IMG/VR virus record: IMGVR_UViG_3300030207_004738 | Location: 1-51,258 of that record | Source of the DNA: a virus | Taxonomy: Duplodnaviria; Caudoviricetes | Reading direction: 5' to 3' (one strand) | DNA: 51,258 nt | Shown: positions 17,796-27,957 of the stretch, one piece after another | How positions within the stretch are numbered: the first letter of the stretch is position 1 | Layout of the letters: each line of letters starts with the position of its first letter | Notes under the pieces: model-generated | Told to the model about the DNA's origin: nothing | The model's input: the letters and a program-made list of their open reading frames with translations, nothing else | Database searches by the model: none | Position numbers and translations under genes: made by a program

Positions 17796-19705
17796 AATGA
17801 CTTCTTATTTATTTTATCTTTTCCGTTATGGATATAGTTGCTTAACTTTTGGGTGACAAGATGAGGTGTAAAAGCTATCTCAAATAATCCTTGATGGTCT
17901 GATACTCCTTCTAAAAATAAAGTATTATCAAACTGGTTAGAGTATTTTATAACTTTATGTATGTACTCGTTCCCATCTAAGATTTTAAAGTACTCGGGCT
18001 TCGTTGCTACATACAAATTATAGTCTGGGTACTTATCTTTTATAGATTCAAAAAGGGACGTTGATAAAAAGACATCAACCGCCGAATCGGGCATAACATA
18101 AACTATGCGTTTGCCTTGGTCATCTTTATCCAAGAAGTCTTCTATTTTAGTAGGAAAAAATTTATCATTATGATCTTTAGCTACTTTTCTGAAGTATCCT
18201 TCCACTTGCTTGCGGGGCACCTTATTTGCCAACGCGTTCATCCAATTTTTGTAGCCATCATCATTAACATGATTTTCTATATTTAATATTCTTTTATACA
18301 ATTCCAGAACCCACTCGGAATCATTTTCTATATTTGGTATCAGAGCTTCGGGGAAGTTTCTTTTCTGGCTATCTGCTGAATCTTCTTCAAAGTCGTATCC
18401 GGTGCAATCAGTAGAATCAATGAACTCTTCAAATTTCTTTCCAACTACTTCTACTGAGAAATTGTCCAAAGCCCATTGTCTGGAAAGTTCGCCCTCTTTT
18501 TTTCTCTCTTCCGGAGACATATTGTAAACAACATCTATGCTTGAAGCTATAGAGATAGGGCAAGTAGAGGCCTTTTTGAATTCAGTCTGGTGTTCCCTGT
18601 ATTCCGACCAGCTTAAAGGTAAAGAACCGGAACCTTCTTCACATTGTTCTTCTCCGCAACTGTAATTAGTAACAGCGGTTATCAGCTCTGTAAATTTAGC
18701 TTCTTGAATTGGGATTTCTTGGCCTCCGCTGGTAAACGGGTGGCAATAGAAGTCCATTAAGTTATAAACTTCATTCAGTTGCTCTTCAGTGATTCCAAAA
18801 CCTACGCTAGTAGTCACTTGCGATTTCTCGGAGCCGCAGTGCCTACAGTTTTGATCCTCTCCGCTATAAGGCTTAATCTCATGGGTGAGGCATTTCTTGC
18901 AAATATAAGTAGTTAGTATTTCCTCTTTAGGTATCCCGTACTCTTTAGCCAAAGACTGAATGTTCCAGCCTTCTTTCCAGTAAGTATGCAATAAAAGATA
19001 TGTTTTTCTTTTCGGGTTATTTTCCTTTTTCCATTTAGCATACCCTTCTAGCAAATTGGGTACAGACTTTCTGAGCTGATTCCTAAATACAAAGCCTATA
19101 ATAAAGGCATCGGGGTCTATATTATTTCTTACTCGAAGCTCTTTGCGCTCTTCATCCTCTAACCTAAAAAAGTTTGAAGCGTCTACACAACCATGCATCG
19201 TCTTAACATGTTTATGCCCCATCTCATTTAAGGCTTTTGTTGCGAAGTTACTCCAGATCCAATAATTTTTTATTTTTGGTGCATTCTTGATTGCCGTGGG
19301 CAGAATTGGCAGGGAGTCCAATGTAGTCCAAATAACAGAATTAATCTTATTGAACCAAGGTTTATCTACTGCAAACTCCGTCCCCCAAATATCTTGAACA
19401 CCAAAATAAAAGTCAGGTTTCTCCTCTTTTATAACCTTGTCGATTAAATAGCCGCCATAACTAGCTATCCTAGCCTGTCCAGCGTCTTGGCTTATGCGAT
19501 GCCTTTCGTTTTGGTCATCGGGCAAAGTACCTACAGACTTCCAAGGGGTCCGTTGTAAGCTTGGCTCCGAATAAGAAGTGCCGCAGCAATACTGGACTAT
19601 TTCATATTTTTTTGTTTTATATAGATAAGATAAAAGGGCCTTAGCATTTCTGCCAAAGCCCGTTTTAGCTAAACTAGAATCAGTTTGAAATAAAAGCTTC
19701 TTCAT
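17783..19705 (-). CDS. GT4-family glycosyltransferase with extra C-terminal domain
   Basis: TGFGRNA, RNQLRKSVPNL, LNEVYNLMD and GGQEIPIQEA motifs; internal CxxC pairs. Confidence 0.75.
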   Translation of the reverse strand: MKKLLFQTDSSLAKTGFGRNAKALLSYLYKTKKYEIVQYCCGTSYSEPSLQRTPWKSVGTLPDDQNERHRISQDAGQARIASYGGYLIDKVIKEEKPDFYFGVQDIWGTEFAVDKPWFNKINSVIWTTLDSLPILPTAIKNAPKIKNYWIWSNFATKALNEMGHKHVKTMHGCVDASNFFRLEDEERKELRVRNNIDPDAFIIGFVFRNQLRKSVPNLLEGYAKWKKENNPKRKTYLLLHTYWKEGWNIQSLAKEYGIPKEEILTTYICKKCLTHEIKPYSGEDQNCRHCGSEKSQVTTSVGFGITEEQLNEVYNLMDFYCHPFTSGGQEIPIQEAKFTELITAVTNYSCGEEQCEEGSGSLPLSWSEYREHQTEFKKASTCPISIASSIDVVYNMSPEERKKEGELSRQWALDNFSVEVVGKKFEEFIDSTDCTGYDFEEDSADSQKRNFPEALIPNIENDSEWVLELYKRILNIENHVNDDGYKNWMNALANKVPRKQVEGYFRKVAKDHNDKFFPTKIEDFLDKDDQGKRIVYVMPDSAVDVFLSTSLFESIKDKYPDYNLYVATKPEYFKILDGNEYIHKVIKYSNQFDNTLFLEGVSDHQGLFEIAFTPHLVTQKLSNYIHNGKDKINKKSLCTF

Positions 19706-20268
19706 CACCAAGGAATACCATCATCTTCTGGGGTATTATCTTGGCTCGAAGGAGTATTTTCAACTTTTTCCTCAGTTTTTGTAGCGGTTTGTTGGTTTCC
19801 ATTACTAAACTGATTAGATTCGATGCTATCAGTGAAGTAATTTTTCAGTACCGTTAGAGCATATTCTTTTAACATCCGACCCTCAGCGAAGTTAAAGCCA
19901 ATAATAAAAGACTTTTTAACATTCTCCTGAGAGTTGTTCTGGTTCAAAGAGAAGCTGTAACCTACTTGGCCCCCGTCGCGAACATAAGGAGAAAACTTAA
20001 AAGTAGTATTCCTTTCCTTATTTCCGTGAAAGTTGCCATACTCTCCGTTGGTTTCAATAGCATGAACCAACCCCGCAAGCTCAGTCACGCTGAACTTTGA
20101 ATACGCCTTTTTTTCAGGCGAAGCCCCTTTGAATGTGCCAGTTTTTGTCTGGTCGTTCCAAGAGGATTGACGGACGAAGTTTACCCAGAGGGCCTTGTCC
20201 TTCTTGCTGTAAGAAAACGAGCAGGCAGAGCCTGTGTTTTTTGCATTAGGTTTATAGAACTGAATCAT
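19705..20268 (-). CDS. putative ssDNA-binding protein (Whirly/PC4-like) with acidic DDGIPW tail
   Basis: Beta-rich core and an SSB-type acidic C-terminus; directly after DNA polymerase. Confidence 0.55.
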   Translation of the reverse strand: MIQFYKPNAKNTGSACSFSYSKKDKALWVNFVRQSSWNDQTKTGTFKGASPEKKAYSKFSVTELAGLVHAIETNGEYGNFHGNKERNTTFKFSPYVRDGGQVGYSFSLNQNNSQENVKKSFIIGFNFAEGRMLKEYALTVLKNYFTDSIESNQFSNGNQQTATKTEEKVENTPSSQDNTPEDDGIPW

Positions 20269-20283
20269 ATCAGTGAACTTACT

Positions 20284-22920
20284 TTATCTCTTTCGGGTTA
20301 TGGAGTCAAGCTTTTTTATTTCGCTCAACTTCATGTAAATTTTCTGATCTTGAACTTTTATCAAGTCGGCAAATATCGCATCGCCATCTTTACGCACACC
20401 TTTTACTATGACAATGCTTGTTTTTGCGGGAAGTTCGCCTCCGTTAGCGTCTCTGCAAATCTGAATATTATCTCTTTGCTTGTTTGTAAAAAGCATTACT
20501 GAGCACAATCCAGACTCATCTTTTATCACTGCTTTAAAGTAGGGAGTGCCCTTTTTACTTTTAGTTAAGGTCGTATCTTGAACCGTGCCTATGAAATTTA
20601 CGCCTTGGCCTTCTGATTTGTCAAGCGATTCTTCTATTGTATTTAAATGAGAGTAATCGCTATGAACCTCTTTCAGCTTCTTGCCGTGAGTATATCCTAA
20701 CAGTGCGTTTTCATAGTACCAGTTGGCAAAGCCTTCATTAGATTTATTTTTATTGTAAATCTCTCTGTAAGGCGCGAAATGCTTTCTTATCGTTCCAAGG
20801 CGGGAATCCTTTATGATCTGCTTGCCTTTTTCGTCTTTAAGCTCTTTATTCATCAAGGAGACTATCTCCCTTAAGTCGAAGTTTTTAGAAGACCCCACAT
20901 CAAAAGCATACTTCTTTTCCCTATCTGTGAGAAGATTCCAGAGTTGAGCCTCTGCGACCATATAGCTTCTCGGCTTGTTGAAAGTTCCGTCTAAAGCGCC
21001 CGCTTGAATCAATGAAGATAAGATGCCAATACCTATACCGGCTTCGTTAGCTCCTTGGAAAACTTCAAACTTAGTGGCGTATTGATCTTTGAAAGATTGC
21101 AGTTTTTGTATTGATTTCTCGGCAATGCCTTTAATTGAGGTCAGGCCAAACCTTATGTCAGCTCCTTCTACGCTGAAATCCATCTCCGATTTAATCAAGT
21201 GCGGCCCTAGAAGCTTTATGTTAAACTTTGGCAACTCCATAGCAACCTTGGATATTTCAGTCATGGGGTCAGGCTCAAACCGTGTCATTTGAAGCAGCGC
21301 TAAGAAGAACTCTTGTGGGTACTTAAACTTTAAAAATATAGTTATAGCCGCCAAAGAAGCATAAGATATCGAGTGAGATTTATTAAAAGAGTAGTTGGCA
21401 GAATCCTCGAGAACCTTCCATAGAATGTCTCCGATCTCTTTATCCAAGTTATTCTCTTTGACCTTGTCTTTAATTTTTTTCTTCCACTTCTTTACTTCAT
21501 TGACTTTCTTCTTGCCGACGATACGACGCAGGATTTCTGCTTCATCGAGAGTAAACCCAATCTTGTGGGCCATTTTCATCATTTGCTCTTGGTACAAGCA
21601 AACGCCACCAGTGCTTTTTAATATATCGTCGAAAAATGGATGTATAGCTTCGTAAACGTCGTTATTAGTATAACTAGCAAACTGATCTACGAACTGCATC
21701 GCGCCGGGTCTTGCCAACGCGAGAACTGCGCTAAGTTCCTCTAGGCTTTTGGGTTTGACTTTGCGGCATACTTCATAGTTAGCATCGGCTTCTACTTGGA
21801 ATATTCCGTGACGCTGCTTTAGGTCAAAAAGGTGTTGATATATAAAAGGATCATCTAAGTCTACTTGGTCTGGTTTTATGTCTATACCTTTAGTATCTCT
21901 TAGAATTTTACAGCAAGCATCCACAACTGAAGCTGTTCTCAATCCCAAAACGTCAAGCTTCACATTGAACATAGAAGACCAATCCATGTCGTAAGATGAT
22001 ACCGGCTCTTTGCTAGAGTCTAGTTCGCAGGGGCAACTGTCAACTAGGTTGCTGTGAGACAAAAGCATAGCCGAAGGGTGCACCCCTTTATTCTTTACAA
22101 GTCCTCTGATTTTTAAAGCTATTTTATAAACTTTAGGGTTTTTGTCGCACCAGTCCTTAAACTGAGGAACTTCTTCGTAAGTTTCTGTTATATCTTTAAC
22201 CTGACCGAATACTTTAGGTATCAAAGCTGTAACGCCGTTCATTTCGGACTCCTCCTTGCCTCCTGCAACTTTACCACACTCTTTCATAACGAGCTTTCCG
22301 CTTAGGGTATTCAAGGTTAGGATTTTGGAAGTATTGCCGCTAAACTCTTCTTTCAGATAAGTCAGTACGTCTTGGCGCCTGTAATAACAAACATCAACAT
22401 CGACGTCACACATTAAAGAGCCGTCTAGGTATGTAATGCCATCAACGACTTTCTTTTTTGCCCTAGCTTTAGATACGAATCTCTCGAAGAATAAATCGTA
22501 CTTTACGGGGTCTATTTGGGTTATTTGTAGCAGGTACAACACCATGCTTCCTGCCGCTGATCCCCTACCCAAACCCAATGGTATATCGTTTTCTCGGCAG
22601 TAGGTGACGACCTTCCAGACTAGCAATATATATTCTGTGAAGTCTAGCTCTTGTAAAATAGAGAGTTCATACTTAACTCTTTTTATGTAAGTGGCTTTTT
22701 TGTCTGATTTGTCTAATCCAAGTTCCGCGAATCTTTTCAAGCAAATCTCTCTCAGAAAGTCATAAGTATTTATGTTCTCTTTTAAGTCGAACTGCTTGAT
22801 ATACTTCGGTTCAATGTGGAACTTAGGAAGCCTAACCCCGTGAAGGTCTAATTCGAAATTTTTAAACTTTGAAGAAAAGCTATTCTTTTTTCTTCCTTCT
22901 TTTTCTTTTTGCGCTGGCAT
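20284..22920 (-). CDS. dnaE: DNA polymerase III alpha subunit, catalytic part lacking the PHP domain
   Basis: GRGSAAGS, LFFERF, DVDVD, KLDVLGL, LARPG, YQEQMM and YSFNKSHS motifs; C-terminal OB fold. Confidence 0.95.
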   Translation of the reverse strand: MPAQKEKEGRKKNSFSSKFKNFELDLHGVRLPKFHIEPKYIKQFDLKENINTYDFLREICLKRFAELGLDKSDKKATYIKRVKYELSILQELDFTEYILLVWKVVTYCRENDIPLGLGRGSAAGSMVLYLLQITQIDPVKYDLFFERFVSKARAKKKVVDGITYLDGSLMCDVDVDVCYYRRQDVLTYLKEEFSGNTSKILTLNTLSGKLVMKECGKVAGGKEESEMNGVTALIPKVFGQVKDITETYEEVPQFKDWCDKNPKVYKIALKIRGLVKNKGVHPSAMLLSHSNLVDSCPCELDSSKEPVSSYDMDWSSMFNVKLDVLGLRTASVVDACCKILRDTKGIDIKPDQVDLDDPFIYQHLFDLKQRHGIFQVEADANYEVCRKVKPKSLEELSAVLALARPGAMQFVDQFASYTNNDVYEAIHPFFDDILKSTGGVCLYQEQMMKMAHKIGFTLDEAEILRRIVGKKKVNEVKKWKKKIKDKVKENNLDKEIGDILWKVLEDSANYSFNKSHSISYASLAAITIFLKFKYPQEFFLALLQMTRFEPDPMTEISKVAMELPKFNIKLLGPHLIKSEMDFSVEGADIRFGLTSIKGIAEKSIQKLQSFKDQYATKFEVFQGANEAGIGIGILSSLIQAGALDGTFNKPRSYMVAEAQLWNLLTDREKKYAFDVGSSKNFDLREIVSLMNKELKDEKGKQIIKDSRLGTIRKHFAPYREIYNKNKSNEGFANWYYENALLGYTHGKKLKEVHSDYSHLNTIEESLDKSEGQGVNFIGTVQDTTLTKSKKGTPYFKAVIKDESGLCSVMLFTNKQRDNIQICRDANGGELPAKTSIVIVKGVRKDGDAIFADLIKVQDQKIYMKLSEIKKLDSITRKR

Positions 22921-23119
22921 TTTTCCCCTTAGTGTTTTTAACTACGTCCTTAACTTTATCTACGGATGCAATAAATGAATCTTCTGATTCTGAATTGATG
23001 TTAAAAAATACATCTACTTTATCTTCCGTCTTTCCTTGCCTTAATGTTAAAACAAGATATTCAATATTATCTTCTTCAAGCTTCTCAACTAAATCGTATA
23101 CAAAATCTAAACTAGGCAT
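22880..23119 (-). CDS. hypothetical protein
   Basis: 79 aa ORF within the replication operon. Confidence 0.6.
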   Translation of the reverse strand: MPSLDFVYDLVEKLEEDNIEYLVLTLRQGKTEDKVDVFFNINSESEDSFIASVDKVKDVVKNTKGKNASAKRKRRKKKE

Positions 23120-23146
23120 ACTTAATTATAGGCCTAATACAAATAA

Positions 23147-23812
23147 TTAAAAATCTATTTGATATTTCAACTTGTTCCAAACTTTTATATTTAGCTCCAA
23201 ATCAACTAAAGCATCATGCAGTTTTGCATAATTATGCTCTATATTGTGTGATTTACCTAGTGCCCCGAGAGAAGTTCTCATACCTTTTCTTCTGGTATTT
23301 ATCATTTTCATTTGAAAATCTAAGATAGGGCACTCGCTCCCTTTATAGCTATGGTCAAGTGCTATTGATCTCGCTATGGCTAAAGTGTCTAGGACTTTAT
23401 TTGGCAAATGCCTATGAGGCTTTCCGTGTTTTTTATACCAATTTCTCAACAAAAAGATATCAAAGCCTAAAACATTATGCCCGACAATATAATCACATCC
23501 CTCGGTCAACTTGTAAAGCACATCAAAAGCCTCTTGCTCGGGAATACATTTTTGCCTGAACCTTGTCTCTGAGTAATTTGTAATCCTCTTAGCCTCTTTA
23601 CCTATTTTTAAATCTGTGTCCCATTTTATATACAGATCATGCCTACATATCTCTTCAGTGATTAGCTTTCCGTTGCCATTATTCTTTGTTTCTAGGTATA
23701 TTGCAGCGGCCTGCCATGGCAGGTTCAGAGAATCGTGGAGAGCTAAATTAAAAGTTTCAAAATCTAAAAAAAGAAATTTTTTCTCTTGGAACCTTATTAA
23801 ATGACTATCCAT
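23147..23812 (-). CDS. DEDDh 3'-5' exonuclease (DnaQ-like proofreader)
   Basis: LDFET, VGHNVLGFD, DTL and LHDALVD motifs. Confidence 0.9.
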   Translation of the reverse strand: MDSHLIRFQEKKFLFLDFETFNLALHDSLNLPWQAAAIYLETKNNGNGKLITEEICRHDLYIKWDTDLKIGKEAKRITNYSETRFRQKCIPEQEAFDVLYKLTEGCDYIVGHNVLGFDIFLLRNWYKKHGKPHRHLPNKVLDTLAIARSIALDHSYKGSECPILDFQMKMINTRRKGMRTSLGALGKSHNIEHNYAKLHDALVDLELNIKVWNKLKYQIDF

Positions 23813-24566
23813 TTACTACCTCCTTGTAACTTTCGTAACAAAATTCATTTGAGCACATTCCATCGAAATTAGGTTTATCTAAAGAAGTTCTTTTATTAAT
23901 ACATCGGTGAGTCAGGTAAGCAGAAAAGTCTTCTTTATTTTTGTAATAAATGCTTTTAGATTTTACGACCTCATATTTATCCTTACAGAAATTTATAACT
24001 GAGGCAGCTAAATCTTCATCTAGCAAAGCGTCATTGTCTTCAATAAAGAATACTGGCGCAGCAAAAGAGAAATTAGGAATGCACTGAGAGTTAGTATATT
24101 TATTATTATAAAGGAAAGAGTCATAAAAAGGAATTCCTAAAAGTAAATCATCTGTCCACATAGATTTTAAGGTTCTGAAGTCCATGCGGGGCTCATAATA
24201 AAAACCGTCTTGAGCTGCGCGAGTATATATCTTTATAAGATCTTTGTATCCCTTCTCGTTCTTTATAAAAATAATATTTTTGAAAGAATTCGCTCTTCCT
24301 TCCTCGCTTTTATCAGAAAGATCAGGGCAAAAAGTTAGCCGCAATCCGAAGATCAACTTAACACCTACCTCCTTTGCGTTGGTATATGCCTCAAGGAAGC
24401 CAGCCATACTGTCTTCCACTAAATAAACCTCTTTCATGCCTGATTCTTTTACTATGTCAAAAACAGAATCAGAACTTAAATCATCATCTTCCTTGGGTAG
24501 ATTCAAGGTAAGAATTGATCTCCCAAGGCTGTAATGACTTTTAAAAAGTGGTATTACCTCTTCCAT
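23805..24566 (-). CDS. stand-alone PHP domain of Pol III alpha
   Basis: KSHYSLGRS, KLIFGL, KNEKGYKDLIKI and GFYYEPRMD match the DnaE N-terminal PHP domain. Confidence 0.85.
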   Translation of the reverse strand: MEEVIPLFKSHYSLGRSILTLNLPKEDDDLSSDSVFDIVKESGMKEVYLVEDSMAGFLEAYTNAKEVGVKLIFGLRLTFCPDLSDKSEEGRANSFKNIIFIKNEKGYKDLIKIYTRAAQDGFYYEPRMDFRTLKSMWTDDLLLGIPFYDSFLYNNKYTNSQCIPNFSFAAPVFFIEDNDALLDEDLAASVINFCKDKYEVVKSKSIYYKNKEDFSAYLTHRCINKRTSLDKPNFDGMCSNEFCYESYKEVVNG

Positions 24567-24573
24567 GCGTGAA

Positions 24574-24603
24574 ATGATACAGGTTTTCAGGTAAACAAGT
24601 CAA
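24574..24603 (-). promoter_or_regulatory. sigma70-type promoter (leaderless)
   Basis: TTGACT-18 nt-TATCAT, 7 nt before the ATG at 24566. Confidence 0.65.
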
Positions 24604-25579
24604 GTATATTTTCACTAGAACTTTTGTGCCTCGGGCAACCGTCGTATTTTCTTTTTTTGATTTTCTGACCGTCTTTTAGCTTACTCTGAAGCTCGGATCT
24701 TTTTAAGGATTTATTTATCTCTTCACCGTTTTCATCCACTATTACAAAATAAGGGTAAGGGTCGATGTATGGACATCTCCATTTTCCTATTTTGCAGAGC
24801 CAAGCATTTTTCTTTGTGTCTGCCGCGTAGTTAGTCGTGGCCGTTTCTTCAGTAAAGTTATTTATTATTTGAAATGTATGAGCTAGGTAATACTCTAAAC
24901 CTCTAAGCTGATCTTTGTTGAACTGTAATTGCTGTAGCGGGCTTCGGGGATGTCTTAAAAACTGAAATTCTACAGTAGGTGAATATTCTGGCCACTCCTG
25001 CTGGGCTGCCAAAGTATAAACCATCGCTTGAACATTTGAGTGCAGCTCCTCTCCCCTAAATTTATATTTACTACTTTTATAATCTACAATTTTAATTTTT
25101 TTACCCTTTTTGTAAACTATTGGTTTATCAATAAAACCTCTTATTTTATACTCAGGATCTTTGTTCTCAAGAAGGAATTCGTGTTCTGGCTTATCCACCT
25201 TGCCTCCCCAGCCAAAAAAGTCACAATTTAATCCAACTACAATCATGTCATCTACAAGCTCTACATTTTCTTCGTTGGTCATTGGTAAATCGAAGCTGTT
25301 TTCCATTTGAGTTAGGTGCTTCATTACCATTCTAAATACTGCTGGGCTTCTCTTTATTGAGTTACCTTTAAATATCTTATCAAAATGTTTTTTATGCTTC
25401 TTTTTGACAAGCATTTCGAAAACCAAGTGACAAACAGTACCTCTCAAAGCTCCTTCGTTTTGTTTCTGTGGAAGCTTAAGGTGGTAGTTGCACCAGTAAG
25501 ACCAAGAGCAAGTTTCTAGGGTCTTTATTCTCGAGGCAGAGAGTACTTTTTCTTTTACGCTCTTAACTGTTTTTTCCAT
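24587..25579 (-). CDS. RecB/Cas4-like PD-(D/E)XK exonuclease
   Basis: LSASRIK...C, GTVCH, RGFID, IVDYKS and QAMVY motifs; C-terminal cysteines. Confidence 0.85.
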   Translation of the reverse strand: MEKTVKSVKEKVLSASRIKTLETCSWSYWCNYHLKLPQKQNEGALRGTVCHLVFEMLVKKKHKKHFDKIFKGNSIKRSPAVFRMVMKHLTQMENSFDLPMTNEENVELVDDMIVVGLNCDFFGWGGKVDKPEHEFLLENKDPEYKIRGFIDKPIVYKKGKKIKIVDYKSSKYKFRGEELHSNVQAMVYTLAAQQEWPEYSPTVEFQFLRHPRSPLQQLQFNKDQLRGLEYYLAHTFQIINNFTEETATTNYAADTKKNAWLCKIGKWRCPYIDPYPYFVIVDENGEEINKSLKRSELQSKLKDGQKIKKRKYDGCPRHKSSSENILDLFT

Positions 25580-26454
25580 GTGTTAATTTCTGAAATGTTC
25601 ATGCACCCAAAATCATTTTTAGGCGGCAGGTCTATAGATACTTGATCTTCGTCGAAGTAATTCAAAAGATTATTTCTTATCTGTTCGGCCGCGTTGTTCC
25701 CTGCGCCATTCTCGGCATCGTTATTTAAGCAAATACGGATCCTGTTTATGTCCATAGACATTAGTATCCCTTTTACTTTCGCAGAGACATTCAGCCCAAA
25801 AAGAACTAAAGTATTTTTTATACCCGCCTCCCAAAGGGATAACATGTCTCCTATACTTTCAATTAAAAAAACCTCTTTGGATTCTCGAAGATAAGTATTG
25901 TTATATTTGAAAGGATATACCCAAAAACTTTTTTCCCCCAAGAGTTTCCATTTTATAGGGGATGAATCTGTTATATCTCTTCCTGCGGCTCCAACCATTC
26001 TGTCCCTTTTATCAAAAATAGGAAATACATACCTGTCCTTAAGTTTGCCATCTTTCATCACTCCAGACTCAAAGTTGTTTAAGGTAGTGGAAGAAACTCC
26101 TCTTTTATTCCAGTAGGAATGGTCTTTTATTATCTTTTGAAGATTATCTTTATTGAATGTCTGCTGAGACTTTACTTTCTCTTTTACCCGAGTTCTTTTC
26201 TCGAAGTTAAATTTATCTTTTATGAAGTCTTTTGCCTGACTTATATCTTCTAATTTTAAGGTAAGCCTAACTAATTCTTCCAGACTCCCATATTTATTAG
26301 TTTTAAAATCAAACCAAACGCCGTTGTCTTTTTTAATGCATAAAACATTATTATTATCCGAGTCTCTGTAAAGCGGCTTGGCTCTATACTCATTGCCGCA
26401 ATCACGGAGATTGTATCCTATCTCGGTTAAGATGTCTTTTATGTCGTCACTCAC
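25555..26454 (-). CDS. DNA primase (TOPRIM, DnaG-like)
   Basis: RYVFPIFD, GAAGR, KW, LIESIGD and LNNDAENGAG motifs; adjacent to helicase. Confidence 0.85.
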   Translation of the reverse strand: MSDDIKDILTEIGYNLRDCGNEYRAKPLYRDSDNNNVLCIKKDNGVWFDFKTNKYGSLEELVRLTLKLEDISQAKDFIKDKFNFEKRTRVKEKVKSQQTFNKDNLQKIIKDHSYWNKRGVSSTTLNNFESGVMKDGKLKDRYVFPIFDKRDRMVGAAGRDITDSSPIKWKLLGEKSFWVYPFKYNNTYLRESKEVFLIESIGDMLSLWEAGIKNTLVLFGLNVSAKVKGILMSMDINRIRICLNNDAENGAGNNAAEQIRNNLLNYFDEDQVSIDLPPKNDFGCMNISEINTWKKQLRA

Positions 26455-27953
26455 AAGCTGAAGTCGTCGTCTATATTATTGTCTTGGATATCGAATGATT
26501 GCTCTTCATGGCGTATTATGTCACCTAAAGAGCCTTCCTCGCTAACCTTAAAATTCTCAACCCTGAAATTTAAAAAGTTATTTATAAACTTTTCACTAGT
26601 GACTTCTCTTCCATTTATAGTTTCCCTTACGGTACGTCTCATTAGGTCTTGGTGACCAGCGGCATCTCTGCCTTGAAACCTTGTTTTAAGAGGGATTAAT
26701 TTATGAGTACCGAACCTTTCTCCGTCTAAAGCTATCTCGTCTAACGTTTTTCTGCGAAAGATAGCTACGAATGTGGCAAACCACTGAAGCCTATCTGAAA
26801 GAGATATAGCTGAGCTATCGTCAACTAAAGAGGAAGAGTTTCTGTTATGCATTTCTCCAGAGCGGTTCATCTGCATAGCTGTAACAAGTGGGGCTTTTAT
26901 TTCCTCCGCTACTCGTTTTAGTTTATCTATTTTTTCTCCTATGGCTTGATGCTCTGCCCAATTCTTATCAACCCTTTCCCCAGTTAGTTTTACATAGTCG
27001 TAGGCTATAACGCATTTACCATCCCTGCCAACGTGCTGCATATGCCACCTTCTTATCATAGAGCATACTTCATCTACGGTTTTGTTTCTAACGTGGTAGT
27101 GGTAATACTTATGCTTCTTAAGATCATTAAACCATTCCCTGACCTTGGTGACCATCTCTTTATTTTTTCTCCAGTTACCTGTTTCTAGATACCACAGTGG
27201 GACTCCGGTATTTGCCGCGGCCATTCTAAACTGGATTTCTTCCGTGGTCATCTCGGTATCTAAAACTAATACTGGCACGTTGTTTTTCATCGCAGCGCCT
27301 AAGCATAAGTCATTGATAAAAGTGGTCTTGCCCTGAGCAGGACGCGAAACTATAGCGTAAACATTTCCATCTCTTAGTCCTCCATACAGTCTATTAAACT
27401 CGCTATAAGTTGTTGAGAGCCCAGTGTCATCAGAAGGATTATCTCCTCTTTCTTCTATTTTAAACTCTAAGTTGTCAAAAACGTTTTCGGGGTCATCACC
27501 AAAGCTAAAGCTAGACACCTTCTCACTATATATAGAATCACATTTAGATATTATTTCACCTAAGTCATCGTTTGAACAAGTTTTAGTATGGTTGACTAAT
27601 CTCTCACCTGTTTCACAAAGCTCCCTTCTTATCCGAACTTTAACGAGTTGCTTACAGGCTTCTATAACTGCTTCTTTAGCTATAGGAGCGTAAGCTAAAG
27701 TGCTGAGGTATTCGTGAATCTCAATATCGTCCTTTGTTGATATCCCCAAGTTAAGTATCTTTGTAGCGATCAAGACGCTATCGACGTTCTCGTTTGCGAG
27801 AACAGCATCTCTTACTACGCAGAAAATAGTCTGGTGAACATCGTGGTAAAAGTCTCCAGCGCTTACAAAGGAGTCTATCTCAGAAACTACTTCAGGATGC
27901 CTCAGGATTCCGGAGAGTACGTGCCTCTCGACCTGATTAGAAAATATAGGCAT
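26451..27953 (-). CDS. dnaB: replicative DNA helicase
   Basis: ERHVLSG, SRPAQGKTT (Walker A), LDTEM, YDYVKL and AMQMNR motifs. Confidence 0.92.
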   Translation of the reverse strand: MPIFSNQVERHVLSGILRHPEVVSEIDSFVSAGDFYHDVHQTIFCVVRDAVLANENVDSVLIATKILNLGISTKDDIEIHEYLSTLAYAPIAKEAVIEACKQLVKVRIRRELCETGERLVNHTKTCSNDDLGEIISKCDSIYSEKVSSFSFGDDPENVFDNLEFKIEERGDNPSDDTGLSTTYSEFNRLYGGLRDGNVYAIVSRPAQGKTTFINDLCLGAAMKNNVPVLVLDTEMTTEEIQFRMAAANTGVPLWYLETGNWRKNKEMVTKVREWFNDLKKHKYYHYHVRNKTVDEVCSMIRRWHMQHVGRDGKCVIAYDYVKLTGERVDKNWAEHQAIGEKIDKLKRVAEEIKAPLVTAMQMNRSGEMHNRNSSSLVDDSSAISLSDRLQWFATFVAIFRRKTLDEIALDGERFGTHKLIPLKTRFQGRDAAGHQDLMRRTVRETINGREVTSEKFINNFLNFRVENFKVSEEGSLGDIIRHEEQSFDIQDNNIDDDFSL

Positions 27954-27957
27954 TTAT

